A stretch of 64,000 nucleotides of DNA, taken from positions 40,232 through 104,231 of the forward strand of contig JBBSEJ010000001.1 in the NCBI GenBank assembly GCA_038239825.1, given 5' to 3'. A program made the translations under genes and the position numbers. The notes under the pieces are model-generated. The model was not told the origin of the DNA, did not search any database, and worked only from the letters and a program-made list of their open reading frames with translations. Each line of letters opens with the position of its first letter. Within the stretch, counting starts at the first letter, position 1. This stretch comes from Gaiellales bacterium. Lineage in GTDB: Bacteria > Actinomycetota > Thermoleophilia > Gaiellales > Gaiellaceae. Positions 44,773 through 53,727 of the stretch are shown here, piece by piece.

Positions 44773-45922
44773 AGGCTGTGAACGCGGGCTTGTGCCTGCC
44801 GCCGGCCGTGATCAGGCCCGATTGCCACCCGGCGAGGCTCGGCTCGTCCTTCAGGAGGAACCACAGCATCATGTCGATGCGCGCGTTCTTCCGCGCGATG
44901 GCGAAGGCTTGCGTGAGGTAGGCGGACTGCTTCGCTTCCGAGACGCCGACGAGCCTGTCGGGTGGATCGGTCTGGTAGCCGTACTCGGTGATCCAGATGC
45001 GCTTGTTCCCGTAGAGCTGCGTGACGGACGTGATCAGGGCGCCGAGGTTCCCGAGCGTCACGGCGGTGACGGGCGCGCCGTTCCGTGTCACCGGCTTCGA
45101 GGTGGGGGTGTCGGTCGGGCCCGAGTAATACGGATGATGGGCCCACGCGTCGAAGGTCCGGAGACCCGCGGCCTTCACGGCACGCAGGAAGGCGAGCGGA
45201 GAGATCGAGGGACGGAGGCTCGTGGGGCCGTTGTTCCCACGCGGGGCGGTCGCGCCGCACGCGACGCGCTCGCCGCGAAAGAAGGTGGCGTGGATCCCCG
45301 AGTAGACGGCGTTGCAGATCCTGGCGTAGTCGACCGGGCTCTGCATCCTCCAGCCCTTCGGCGTATGGCGGTATTGCGGTGTGAGAAACAGCGGGTTGTT
45401 CGGCTCGTTCCACGCGAGCCATTCCCTGACCGGCGGCAGCTGGCCACCGCTGCCGTCGGGCCACGTGCCGCCGTAGCGCTTCGCAGCCGCGAAGGCAAAG
45501 TTACGCAGGTCGGTCGCGTTCTTCGGCGCGACACTCGGCGAACGGCCTCCATTCGCCCAGCTCGGCGTACCGAAGATCGTGAAGAGCAGATGCACGCCGT
45601 ACTGCGGGCCGTAGCGCACCGTCCGGTCGTACAGCGACCAGTCGTACGCCGGGTCGTCCGGATCCGTCGCGCGAACGGGGCGGCGCATCGCGACGCCGTG
45701 CGGCCCTCCCCAGTAGAGGTTCACGCGCACCTCCTGCACGTGCAACTGCTTGAACGTCGCGAAGGTCGCGGCCGCGGGTCCGAAGAGTGTCTGGGCCTCG
45801 TCGTAGATCCCAACTCGCAGGTAGTGAGAGGCATGCGCCGGCCGAGCCGTTGCAGCGAGCAGTGCCGCGCCGAGTACGGCGAGCAGCACCGCGACGCGGA
45901 TCTGCAGGCCTCTAGACGCCAA
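44735..45922 (-). CDS. Secreted glycoside hydrolase, clan GH-A (beta/alpha)8 barrel (GH5/GH39-like)
   Basis: 395 aa with TTG start. Signal peptide [31 protein letters not shown]. Acid/base motif LAWNEPNN and nucleophile motif IWITEYGY. Confidence 0.78.
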   Translation of the reverse strand: MASRGLQIRVAVLLAVLGAALLAATARPAHASHYLRVGIYDEAQTLFGPAAATFATFKQLHVQEVRVNLYWGGPHGVAMRRPVRATDPDDPAYDWSLYDRTVRYGPQYGVHLLFTIFGTPSWANGGRSPSVAPKNATDLRNFAFAAAKRYGGTWPDGSGGQLPPVREWLAWNEPNNPLFLTPQYRHTPKGWRMQSPVDYARICNAVYSGIHATFFRGERVACGATAPRGNNGPTSLRPSISPLAFLRAVKAAGLRTFDAWAHHPYYSGPTDTPTSKPVTRNGAPVTAVTLGNLGALITSVTQLYGNKRIWITEYGYQTDPPDRLVGVSEAKQSAYLTQAFAIARKNARIDMMLWFLLKDEPSLAGWQSGLITAGGRHKPAFTAFRKVAATASPVP

Positions 45923-46853
45923 CCGGCTTCACGCCGAGCGACTCGACCCACCGTCGAAGACCTTCGTCGAGGTCGATCTCCGGCTCCCAGCCGAGAATCT
46001 GGCGCGCGCGCGTGATGTCGGGCCGGCGCACCTGCGGGTCGTCGGTCGGGAGCGCCTCGAAGACGACCTCGCTGGAGGAGCCTGTGGCCCGGATCACCGC
46101 GTGGGCGAGCTCGAGCATCGTCAGCTCGCGATCCGGATTGCCGAGGTTCACGGGCAGGTGCTCGCCGCTCATCATCAGCAGGTAGAGGCCGCGGATCAGG
46201 TCATCGACGTAGCACAGCGATCGCGTCTGCGAGCCGTCGCCGTACACCGTGACCGGCTTGCCTCCGAGCGCCTGGTTCAGGAAGTTGACCGATGCTCGGC
46301 CGTCGCTGCGGCGCATACGCGGGCCGTAGGTGTTGAAGATGCGGGCGATGCGCGTGTCCACGCCCTGCTGGGCGTGGTAGGTCATCGTCAGCGCCTCCGC
46401 ATAGCGTTTCGCCTCGTCGTACACCCCGCGCGGCCCGATCGGATTGACGTTGCCCCAGTAGGTCTCGGGCTGCGGGTGGACCTGCGGGTCGCCGTAGACC
46501 TCACTGGTCGACGAGATCAGGAAGCTCGCCCGCTTCCACTTCGCAAGACCGAGCGCGTTGTGCGTCCCGTACGAGCCGACCTTCAGCGATGCGAGCGGTG
46601 CCCGGAGGTAGTCGACCGGGCTCGCGAGCGCCGCGAGGTGAAAGACATAGTCCACCTCGCCCTCGATGCGAATGGGCTCGATGACGTCGTGGTAGGAAAA
46701 CTGGAAGCGCTCCTCGCGGATGTGCGCGATGTTCTCGAGCGACCCGGACTCGAGGTTGTCGACGCAGATGACACGGTGGCCCTGCTCGAGCAGGTGATCA
46801 CAGAGGTGCGACCCCAGGAATCCGGCGCCCCCGGTGACGACTGAAGTCGGCAT
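45912..46853 (-). CDS. uxs: UDP-glucuronate decarboxylase (UDP-xylose synthase)
   Basis: 313 aa. [59 protein letters not shown]; these are near-canonical UXS motifs. Confidence 0.9.
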   Translation of the reverse strand: MPTSVVTGGAGFLGSHLCDHLLEQGHRVICVDNLESGSLENIAHIREERFQFSYHDVIEPIRIEGEVDYVFHLAALASPVDYLRAPLASLKVGSYGTHNALGLAKWKRASFLISSTSEVYGDPQVHPQPETYWGNVNPIGPRGVYDEAKRYAEALTMTYHAQQGVDTRIARIFNTYGPRMRRSDGRASVNFLNQALGGKPVTVYGDGSQTRSLCYVDDLIRGLYLLMMSGEHLPVNLGNPDRELTMLELAHAVIRATGSSSEVVFEALPTDDPQVRRPDITRARQILGWEPEIDLDEGLRRWVESLGVKPVGV

Positions 46854-47321
46854 GAGCGGATCGTACGCACGGGCCCGGATACCACTTGTATTCCTTACGA
46901 ACCTTTTTCATCCGGGCGTCGGCACCGGTCGACTCGACTCGAGCTCGATTTTGATGCTGCTCTCGAAGGCCCTCGCTCCGGGCGCGTGCCACGCGGCGGA
47001 GCGGCTCGCATTCCGGGGAGCGGGAGGGGTGATGCAGACCGTTGTCGTACAGCCGCCGTTTCGCGGTCTCGAAGGAGGAATTGACGGAGGTGTTCACCTC
47101 GTCGAAGCCCACCGCGCAAGGCCCCGGCGCTTCCGTCCACGCGTCTGGCTCGATGCCGTGGGCGCTCCTCGTTGCACCGGGGGCCATCGCGCGTCTGCTC
47201 GTCTTTTGCGCTCGGGCGCCGCAGCGAACGCTCGCGGTGGCTGCGCCGCACGGCCTGCGCCGTTCGAGGGGAAGACGGCATCACCCGGGCTGGGGACGCC
47301 GCGCGCCTGTCGGCGCCCGCG

Positions 47322-47383
47322 GCGCCGCTTTTCTGCGCCGCTTCTCTGCGCCGCTTATCGTGCAGCTTCTCTGCGCCATCTCG
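47322..47383. repeat. Five imperfect tandem copies of an 11-14-nt unit (GCGCCGCTTNTCT)
   Basis: gcgccgcttttct / gcgccgcttctct / gcgccgcttatcgt / gcagcttctct / gcgccatctcg. Lies in the long non-coding gap 46854-47441. Confidence 0.8.
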
Positions 47384-47441
47384 TAGCCGGCCGGTTAGGT
47401 TCCGCCCTCACTCGGGAAGCGAGCGCCAATGGCTGACGATC

Positions 47442-48017
47442 GTGCCACCGGCGCGTTTCACACCTTCGGAGGCAATCGCGACCCGGTCGAACTTCGGCGA
47501 TCTCTCGACGGCGGTGTTCACCGTGCCGTTCAGACCGAACTATCTCAACTACGCGCTCCCGGAGACCTACACCGAGATCTGGGGCGACTGGATCGGCGCC
47601 TTCTCATGGTCGCGCGACGGCGAGCCGCCGTGGCCCGGTGCGCTGGGCGTGATGAAGGACCAGAGCTCGATCGGCGTGCTGCCGACCGCGCTCGCGATCG
47701 GAGGGTGGCTGGTGCTGCTCGCGCGCTCGCTTCGCCACCGGCGCGAGCTGCTCGCTCTGGCGCTGCTGCCACTCGTTGCGTCGGTGGGGTACTTCTACCG
47801 GTCATACCTTCTGCTCACCGCCGAGGGAGACCTCCTGAAGGCGAGCTACCTCTTGACGACCGCGCCCGTGTGGGCGCTCGGCTTCGGGATCGCCTTCGGG
47901 GCCCTCGGGCGCTTCCGGCTCCTGCAGGCCGGAGTCGCGCTGTGCCTCCTCTTCTTCGCGATCCTGGAGCTGCGTTTCATGCTCTACGGGATCCGCGACC
48001 ACCGCAGCATCTTCTGA
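47442..48017 (+). CDS. hypothetical polytopic membrane protein (191 aa); possibly the 3' remnant of a larger membrane glycosyltransferase gene
   Basis: Only the C-terminal ~190 aa of track ORF 47172-48017 looks protein-like (3-4 hydrophobic helices, FFAILELRFMLYG); the upstream 90 codons are R/S/A-rich junk. The first plausible start is the in-frame GTG at 47442. Confidence 0.45.
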   Translation: MPPARFTPSEAIATRSNFGDLSTAVFTVPFRPNYLNYALPETYTEIWGDWIGAFSWSRDGEPPWPGALGVMKDQSSIGVLPTALAIGGWLVLLARSLRHRRELLALALLPLVASVGYFYRSYLLLTAEGDLLKASYLLTTAPVWALGFGIAFGALGRFRLLQAGVALCLLFFAILELRFMLYGIRDHRSIF

Positions 48018-48053
48018 CGGACGCAGCGAGGAACCTCGGGGGGCGAACGAGCT

Positions 48054-49520
48054 TCAGCTGCGGAGGAACACCGTGACTTCGCCGATGCGGACGTGTGTGG
48101 CGAAGTGCTCGCCGAGCCAGCGCATCAGCTCGGGGTGGTGGGTGAAGGCTCGGCCGGCGACGACGAGGTCGATCTGCCTGCTCTGGATCGTCTGCTCGAC
48201 CGATCGGAGGGTGAGATAGCCGCTGTCGAAGCGCAGCACGGCCGTGTCGACGAGGTTCCCGGGGAGCCGGCGGCCGGCGAGGTGGGCGAGATCCGGACGA
48301 TCGGTCACGACGAGCTCTCCCGCCGCGCTGTGCCGGCGGATCATCGACACGGCTCGTGCGAGATCGGGCGAGAGCGCGACCTCGTTTCGCAGCAATCGCC
48401 GTGTCTCCTGCCCGTAGCCTCCGAGGAGCAGCAGCACGACCGACGTCGTGGCGAGACCGCGCACCCAGTCCGTGCTCGCGAACGAGACTGCCTGGTGGAC
48501 GACGACGCCGGTCGGCAATGCCAGCGCCACCGCGAACAGGACGAGGTGGTTGTCGTGAAGCGGGCGCTGCCAGACGAGGAAGACGAAAGCGGTGACGACG
48601 AATGTGAGCAGCGGCACGAGGATCTCGAGCTGCGGACGTCTCACGACGACGATCGCGACGATGAGAGAACCCGCCACCAACCAGCCGAATCCGGTTCGGA
48701 AGTCGAGATAGTGAAGCACTCGATCGGCGTTCCCTCCGATCGTCCCCCCACCGGGGAGGTTTCGAGCTGCAACGTGGTAGCTCACGGCCCCACGCCAGAT
48801 CGAGCCCAACGCGCCGAGATGGGGGAGCACGAGCACTGAAACGGCGATGAGAGCACCCGCGAAGAACGCTCCGATCCGCGCCCGACCTTGCGCCCCGCGC
48901 GCCGCGATCGCGACGAGCGCCGGGACGATCGAGACCGCCGACAGCTTGACCGTGAACGCGAGCCCGACGACGCAGCCGATCATGAGCCAGGGGAAGAGAC
49001 CGGCGCGCCGCGCGTCACGATGCGAGACAGCGAGCGCGAACGCCACGACGAGCAGCGCCGCGGCCGGCAGATCCGCAGTCACCCGGCCGGCGAAGGTCGA
49101 ATAGCTCGGCGCGATCGCGAGCGTCGCCGAGCAAAGCGCCCCGCACAATGGGCCTGCGAGGGTCCTCCCGAACGCATACACCGCGAGACACCCGAGCAGC
49201 GCGAAGGCGATCATCAGCGCCCGTAGGCCACCGAGGCTCGATCCGAAGACGAAGGATCCGCCGCGCAGGATCTCGTAAAAGCCGGGAGGTTGCGACGTGA
49301 AGACGTCGGAGCCGAGACTCTGGCCATGCCGGAGCGCGTCCACGCTCGCGGCGTAGACACCTTCGTCGTAGTCGGCCTGCCTCGACCGTGCGCCCTGGAG
49401 GAAGAGCAGCCCTTCGACGAGCAGCAGGAGCGCGACCAACAACCCCTCGATCCACCATGCCCATCGCCGTCTTGCGAGCCGCCGACGATCACGAAGTAAT
49501 GTCTGAGAATCTGTGGTCAT
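48054..49520 (-). CDS. GT-C glycosyltransferase (ArnT/PMT_2, GT39/GT83-like)
   Basis: 488 aa. Canonical first-loop motif ADYDEGVYAASVDALRHGQSL...SQPPGFY and ~11 TM helices. Confidence 0.85.
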   Translation of the reverse strand: MTTDSQTLLRDRRRLARRRWAWWIEGLLVALLLLVEGLLFLQGARSRQADYDEGVYAASVDALRHGQSLGSDVFTSQPPGFYEILRGGSFVFGSSLGGLRALMIAFALLGCLAVYAFGRTLAGPLCGALCSATLAIAPSYSTFAGRVTADLPAAALLVVAFALAVSHRDARRAGLFPWLMIGCVVGLAFTVKLSAVSIVPALVAIAARGAQGRARIGAFFAGALIAVSVLVLPHLGALGSIWRGAVSYHVAARNLPGGGTIGGNADRVLHYLDFRTGFGWLVAGSLIVAIVVVRRPQLEILVPLLTFVVTAFVFLVWQRPLHDNHLVLFAVALALPTGVVVHQAVSFASTDWVRGLATTSVVLLLLGGYGQETRRLLRNEVALSPDLARAVSMIRRHSAAGELVVTDRPDLAHLAGRRLPGNLVDTAVLRFDSGYLTLRSVEQTIQSRQIDLVVAGRAFTHHPELMRWLGEHFATHVRIGEVTVFLRS

Positions 49521-49641
49521 TCAGCCAGGATCGCCAAGCGAGAGCGAACGTTCGGACTCCTCAAGTCTAGGAGGACGTGCCGGACGCAGCAGGCAGCTCC
49601 TCGGTTCCCTGGCGCGAAACGACCGGTTCTTGACCCCGCGA

Positions 49642-50928
49642 ATGCTCGCGAGCATCGCGGTATATCTCTTCCTTGCGCTGAGTTACGTCCAGGTGACGGT
49701 GAACAACGACGGCCTCGTCTACTACGACTTCATGCGCCGGCTGATCGGAGAGAACGCTCCCGGGTACGCGTATCAGTTCGGCAGCAGCTTCTGGAACCTG
49801 CCGTTCTATCTCGTGGGACGACTCGTGTCGTCGCTCGGCGTCGGAGACACCGTGTCGGGGCTGAGCGTCGGGAACATCGCGGTCGCAATCGCGGCGAACG
49901 TTGCCGTGGCCGTGATCTTCTACCTGTCCTGGCGCCTCGTTCGGGGAGTCGGGCTTCCGGGCGGGCCCGGCGCAACCCTCCTGACCGTTCTGGGCACTCC
50001 CCTGTTCTACTACGCGGTCTTCCAGCCCGCGTACAAGCACGCGGTCGACGCACTCCTCATCTCGCTCTTCGCTCTCCTCCTCCTCGAGGCCGATCGAAAG
50101 CCCGGAAGCACGAAGCTCGCAGCCGCGCTCGGCGCCGTGCTCGCCGTGGCGATCAGCGTTCGCTATGCGAACACCGTCTTGATCATCGGCCCCCTCGTCC
50201 TCCTGGTCCGCGCTCGGGCCCTCGTCCAGACCTACGTCCTGACGACCGTCGCGATCGTAGGTGCGACGGCGATCCTTCTGATCCCACTTGCCCGCGGCAT
50301 CCCGTACGGCCTGCCCTCGTCGACGAACCCGTCGCCCGGCCGGACGCAGGGTGGCGCGCAGCAGCCGGTGCCGGCGCCCACCGTGGCGGAGGGAGGCGAC
50401 ATCACCAATGGGATCCAGTTCGCCCCACTCGCTCCCGTGCGGATGCTCTTCACGACGAAGCGCGGGCTCTTCGTCTGGACGCCGCTCTGCCTCCTCGCGA
50501 CGGCCGGGTACCTCTGGCACGCCTTCCGCACCAGGGAGCACAGGCGCTTCTTGCTGAGCCTCGGGCTGAGTGCGCTCGCGCTGCTTGTCGTTCACTCTCT
50601 CTGGGGCACGTACTGGACCGGCGGGTACTCGTTCTCACAACGGTTCCTCACCGGGCTCTTTCCCGTCTTCGTGATCGGCATCGCAGCGCTCCTTCGGGCG
50701 ACGAGGATGCTCGCAACACCGCTTCTGGTCGGCTGTATCGCGTGGTCGATGTTCCTCGCTCTCTACCACTACTACGGCTACGACCACGTCTCCGAACGTG
50801 ACGGGGCGCGGCGGATCGTACGGCTGTATACAAGTCACGAGGAGAGCCTCGGTGAGCTGTGGCGCGTTCGCATCGAAATGCGCGTGCGCCACCGCTGGCA
50901 CGCCTACGGCGACTGGCTGACTCGCTGA
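49642..50928 (+). CDS. Polytopic GT-C-like membrane protein (start uncertain: 49513, 49630 TTG or 49642 ATG)
   Basis: First loop VNNDGLVYYDFMRRLIGE follows the D-x-x-Y...R-x-L pattern of ArnT/PMT-like enzymes. About 11 TM helices. The track start at 49513 would overlap the divergent gene's start, so a later start was chosen. Confidence 0.68.
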   Translation: MLASIAVYLFLALSYVQVTVNNDGLVYYDFMRRLIGENAPGYAYQFGSSFWNLPFYLVGRLVSSLGVGDTVSGLSVGNIAVAIAANVAVAVIFYLSWRLVRGVGLPGGPGATLLTVLGTPLFYYAVFQPAYKHAVDALLISLFALLLLEADRKPGSTKLAAALGAVLAVAISVRYANTVLIIGPLVLLVRARALVQTYVLTTVAIVGATAILLIPLARGIPYGLPSSTNPSPGRTQGGAQQPVPAPTVAEGGDITNGIQFAPLAPVRMLFTTKRGLFVWTPLCLLATAGYLWHAFRTREHRRFLLSLGLSALALLVVHSLWGTYWTGGYSFSQRFLTGLFPVFVIGIAALLRATRMLATPLLVGCIAWSMFLALYHYYGYDHVSERDGARRIVRLYTSHEESLGELWRVRIEMRVRHRWHAYGDWLTR

Positions 50929-50931
50929 CCG

Positions 50932-51873
50932 CTAGCGCAGATCCTTGTTCGACTCCATGTCGAACCACATCGCAAAGAGCGTGAACTGACTGCCGGAGAT
51001 CAGAAGCAGCGCGACGAGCACGATCGTCGCAGGCGTGATGTCGTTGCCCAGGATGCGCAGCACGACTTCGAGCACGCCGAGCGCGAGCCCCACCGTCGTC
51101 ATCAGGAAGCCGAGGAAATAGAAGAACACGAGCGGATGGAAGTCGCGGATCACGTACTTCTCGCGCATCCGCCAGAAAAAGCCCTTCCAGAGCAGCCACG
51201 AGATGCGCGGTACGACGCGACGGATCTTGATCCCCGACCGCTCACCCACCCCGTAGATCGGTCTCGAAGGGAAGTCGCGCACTCGGGCGTTCCAGACGTT
51301 CAGGTGCACGAGCATGTCATTGGGAAAGCCGTATGAGACATAGATTCGATCGAGGTCGAGCAACTGGAGCACGCGAAGCGAGATGACGGTGTACCCGGCC
51401 TGCGAGTCGGCCACGTGCCAGTAGCCGGACGCAACCTTCGTGAGCAGGCTCAGGACGGCGTTCCCGACGTAGCGGTTCCGCGGGATCAGCTGCCAGGCGC
51501 TGCCGGTGAAGAGCCGGTTCGCCTTCGCATAGTCGAGCTCGCCACGGACGACGGGCAGCGTGAGCTCCTCGAGCTCGTCGGGATCCATCTGGTTGTCGCC
51601 GGCCATCACCGCGACTGCATCCATGCGCCGGGCAAGTGCACGCTTGTAGCCCGTCACGATCGCGGCGCCCACACCGCGGTTCGATTCGTGGGTGATCACC
51701 TCGACGCGCGTATCGCCGACCGTGGCGGCGCGCTCGGCCGTCGAATCGCTCGATGCGTCGTCGACGACGAAGATGCGATCGACGAAACCGGGGATCCCCT
51801 GCAACATCGCGACGATCAAGCCCTCCTCGTCCCGCGCCGGGACGACCACGGCGACGCTCTTCCCCTCGAGCAC
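50932..51873 (-). CDS. GT2 polyprenyl-phosphate glycosyltransferase with C-terminal TM helices (GtrB/ArnC/DPM-synthase-like)
   Basis: 313 aa with GTG start. VVVPARDEE, VDDASSDST, NRGVGAAI, MAGDNQMDP. The C-terminal FHPLVFFYFLGFLMTTVGLALG...LLLISGSQFTLFAMWF gives two TM helices. Confidence 0.88.
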   Translation of the reverse strand: MLEGKSVAVVVPARDEEGLIVAMLQGIPGFVDRIFVVDDASSDSTAERAATVGDTRVEVITHESNRGVGAAIVTGYKRALARRMDAVAVMAGDNQMDPDELEELTLPVVRGELDYAKANRLFTGSAWQLIPRNRYVGNAVLSLLTKVASGYWHVADSQAGYTVISLRVLQLLDLDRIYVSYGFPNDMLVHLNVWNARVRDFPSRPIYGVGERSGIKIRRVVPRISWLLWKGFFWRMREKYVIRDFHPLVFFYFLGFLMTTVGLALGVLEVVLRILGNDITPATIVLVALLLISGSQFTLFAMWFDMESNKDLR

Positions 51874-51936
51874 GGCGCGCTCAGCGTCCTAGAGGCTTGA
51901 TGTGGGTTCGGGTGCTGCGTGACTCACATCGAGCCT

Positions 51937-52806
51937 CTATGCGGACGGGCGTGCGACTCGCGTGTCCACGACGATCGCAGCGACCGCGCCGAGCAGCAGG
52001 CCGATCAGCGCACCAACGAGGAGCGAGCTGTTGCGCGAATGCGCTGACGCCTTGACGGCGCGCGCGCGGGTGATCACCTTTGCGCTCTCGACCTGGGTCG
52101 CGAACGCCAGCTGCTGCTGCAACGCCTCCTGCTGGGCGATCAGGTTGCCGAGGCGCGCCTCGGCATTGTCGGCCTGACTGACGATCACGAGCTGCTGGAG
52201 GGGATCTCGGTTCTTGGAGGCCTTGACGGCCGCGTTCAATGCGGTCAACCCGCTGTTCACTCCCCTGAGCTGATCGTCGACACTCTGGAGCGTCCGCCTG
52301 AACGTCCGGATCTTCACGCCGACGTAGGAAGCGGTCGTATCGCGGATCACGATCGCCGCGAGTGCATTCGCGGCGGCGGCCGTCTCCACCGATCGCGCGC
52401 CGTTCACGGTCAGGGAGATCAGCGGCGTGGCACGCGCCGCGCCGGCACCCGTCGCAAGCCCGACCTGCGTCACGGAGACGTGCCCCCGGAGTGCTGAGGG
52501 CCGAATGCCGGAGTGGGCGACTGCCTGGGCTTGCACGTCTGCGGCACTGACGATCTGCAAGACCGCCCGCGGGTTCGTGCCGAATCCGTTCACGAGTGCG
52601 CCGCCGGGCGAGGTCGGCTGGCCGAGCGAGATCAGCGCCGTCGCCTTGTAGCTCGTGCCGCCGCGAAACGAGGAGAGGACGCCGAGAATCGCACCCAGGC
52701 AGAGACCCGCGATCGGGATCCACCACAGGGTGACGACCGCTCGGCGCCAGCGGGCGAGGTCGACCTCGCGCTCGTCGGCGATATCGGTTTGCCGAGGGGC
52801 CGTCAC
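51937..52806 (-). CDS. Wzz/polysaccharide co-polymerase (PCP)-like chain-length determinant protein
   Basis: Trimmed to GTG at 52806 (GTGA overlap). TM helix near each end (WWIPIAGLCLGAILGVL; LLVGALIGLLLGAVAAIVV) flanking a ~200-aa Q/A-rich, helical/coiled region. Confidence 0.72.
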   Translation of the reverse strand: MTAPRQTDIADEREVDLARWRRAVVTLWWIPIAGLCLGAILGVLSSFRGGTSYKATALISLGQPTSPGGALVNGFGTNPRAVLQIVSAADVQAQAVAHSGIRPSALRGHVSVTQVGLATGAGAARATPLISLTVNGARSVETAAAANALAAIVIRDTTASYVGVKIRTFRRTLQSVDDQLRGVNSGLTALNAAVKASKNRDPLQQLVIVSQADNAEARLGNLIAQQEALQQQLAFATQVESAKVITRARAVKASAHSRNSSLLVGALIGLLLGAVAAIVVDTRVARPSA

Positions 52807-53717
52807 TCCGCGGCGAGAATAGCCGACGCCCATTCCCATTGACGCACGAGGCCCTCCTCGAGCGAGACGCGAGGCTGCCACCCGAGGTCGGCGCGTATTC
52901 GCGTCGTGTCCGCCTGCGTTCGGCGTTGGTCGCCCGGCACGGCCGGTTGCCGCCGCCGAACGTCGAGGATGCGTTCCGAGATTCGCTCGAGCATCCCGAT
53001 CGTCTCGTTCATCGACGCCTCGAGGGCGCCACCGATGTTGTAGGTGCCGCTCCCGCCGTCCATGGCGAGCACCGTTCCCTCCACGATGTCGCTGACGTAC
53101 GTCCAGCCTCGCGACTGCTCGCCGTCGCCGTAGAGCTCGAAGTGCCCGCCCTCGACGAGCGCGGAGACGATTCGGGTGAACGCCATGTCTGGCCGTTGGC
53201 GCGGCCCGAACGCGTTGAAGTACCGCAGCACGACGCATTCGAGCCCGAACTCCCGGGCGTACGCGTCAGCGAGCTGCTCGCAGGCGAGTTTCGTGATCCC
53301 GTACGGCGAACTCGGTCGCGGCCGCGTGTCCTCCGGCGTCGGATACCGCTCGGCCGCGCCGTACACCGACGACGACGACGCGAAGACGACTCGCGCCCCG
53401 TCGCGGGCCGCCGCTTCGAACACGCGTTGTGAGGCGAGCTGGTTCCGCCGCAGATAGAGCGGGAAGACGTCTCCGAAGCTGCGCACCCCCGGCTGACCCG
53501 CGAGATGGAAGACCCCGTCGAATCCGGCGAAGTCGAGCTTCGCCTCCGACAGATCGAGCCGTTCCACCTCGAGGCCACGTGCATTCTTCTCCTTCAGCGC
53601 CGGGTCGTAGTAGTCGGTGAAGCAGTCGATGCCGCGAACCTCGTGGCCCGCGCCCTTCAGTGCTCCGGCGAGGTGTGACCCGATGAACCCGGCGGCGCCG
53701 GTGACGACGTAGCGCAC
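52803..53717 (-). CDS. Extended-SDR NAD-dependent epimerase (UDP-glucuronate/UDP-hexose 4-epimerase-like)
   Basis: Trimmed to GTG at 53717. YVVTGAAGFIGSHL, ASSSSVYG, PYGITKLACEQL, RYFNAFGPRQRPDMAF. Confidence 0.88.
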   Translation of the reverse strand: MRYVVTGAAGFIGSHLAGALKGAGHEVRGIDCFTDYYDPALKEKNARGLEVERLDLSEAKLDFAGFDGVFHLAGQPGVRSFGDVFPLYLRRNQLASQRVFEAAARDGARVVFASSSSVYGAAERYPTPEDTRPRPSSPYGITKLACEQLADAYAREFGLECVVLRYFNAFGPRQRPDMAFTRIVSALVEGGHFELYGDGEQSRGWTYVSDIVEGTVLAMDGGSGTYNIGGALEASMNETIGMLERISERILDVRRRQPAVPGDQRRTQADTTRIRADLGWQPRVSLEEGLVRQWEWASAILAAE

Positions 53718-53727
53718 CTGCGTGACC

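Noticed and set aside
46798-47187. Possible degenerate IS3-family (rve) transposase C-terminal remnant on the minus strand. ..GFDEVNTSVNSSFETAKRRLYDNG...QHQNRARVESTG was compared with the DNAxxESFFxTLKxEL...YNxxRRHSxLG pattern
   Set aside because: Only ~6/12 and ~5/9 matches in two short patches, with spacing off by several residues. There is no DDE core, no inverted repeats and no target duplication. This is too weak to call without a database search. It would be worth a tblastx check because it could explain the truncated gene at 47442.
46854-47441. Riboswitch or known ncRNA in the long gap
   Set aside because: I looked for hallmarks of common classes (c-di-GMP, cobalamin, SAM, TPP, ydaO) and recognised none. 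An Infernal/Rfam scan is needed, so nothing is claimed.
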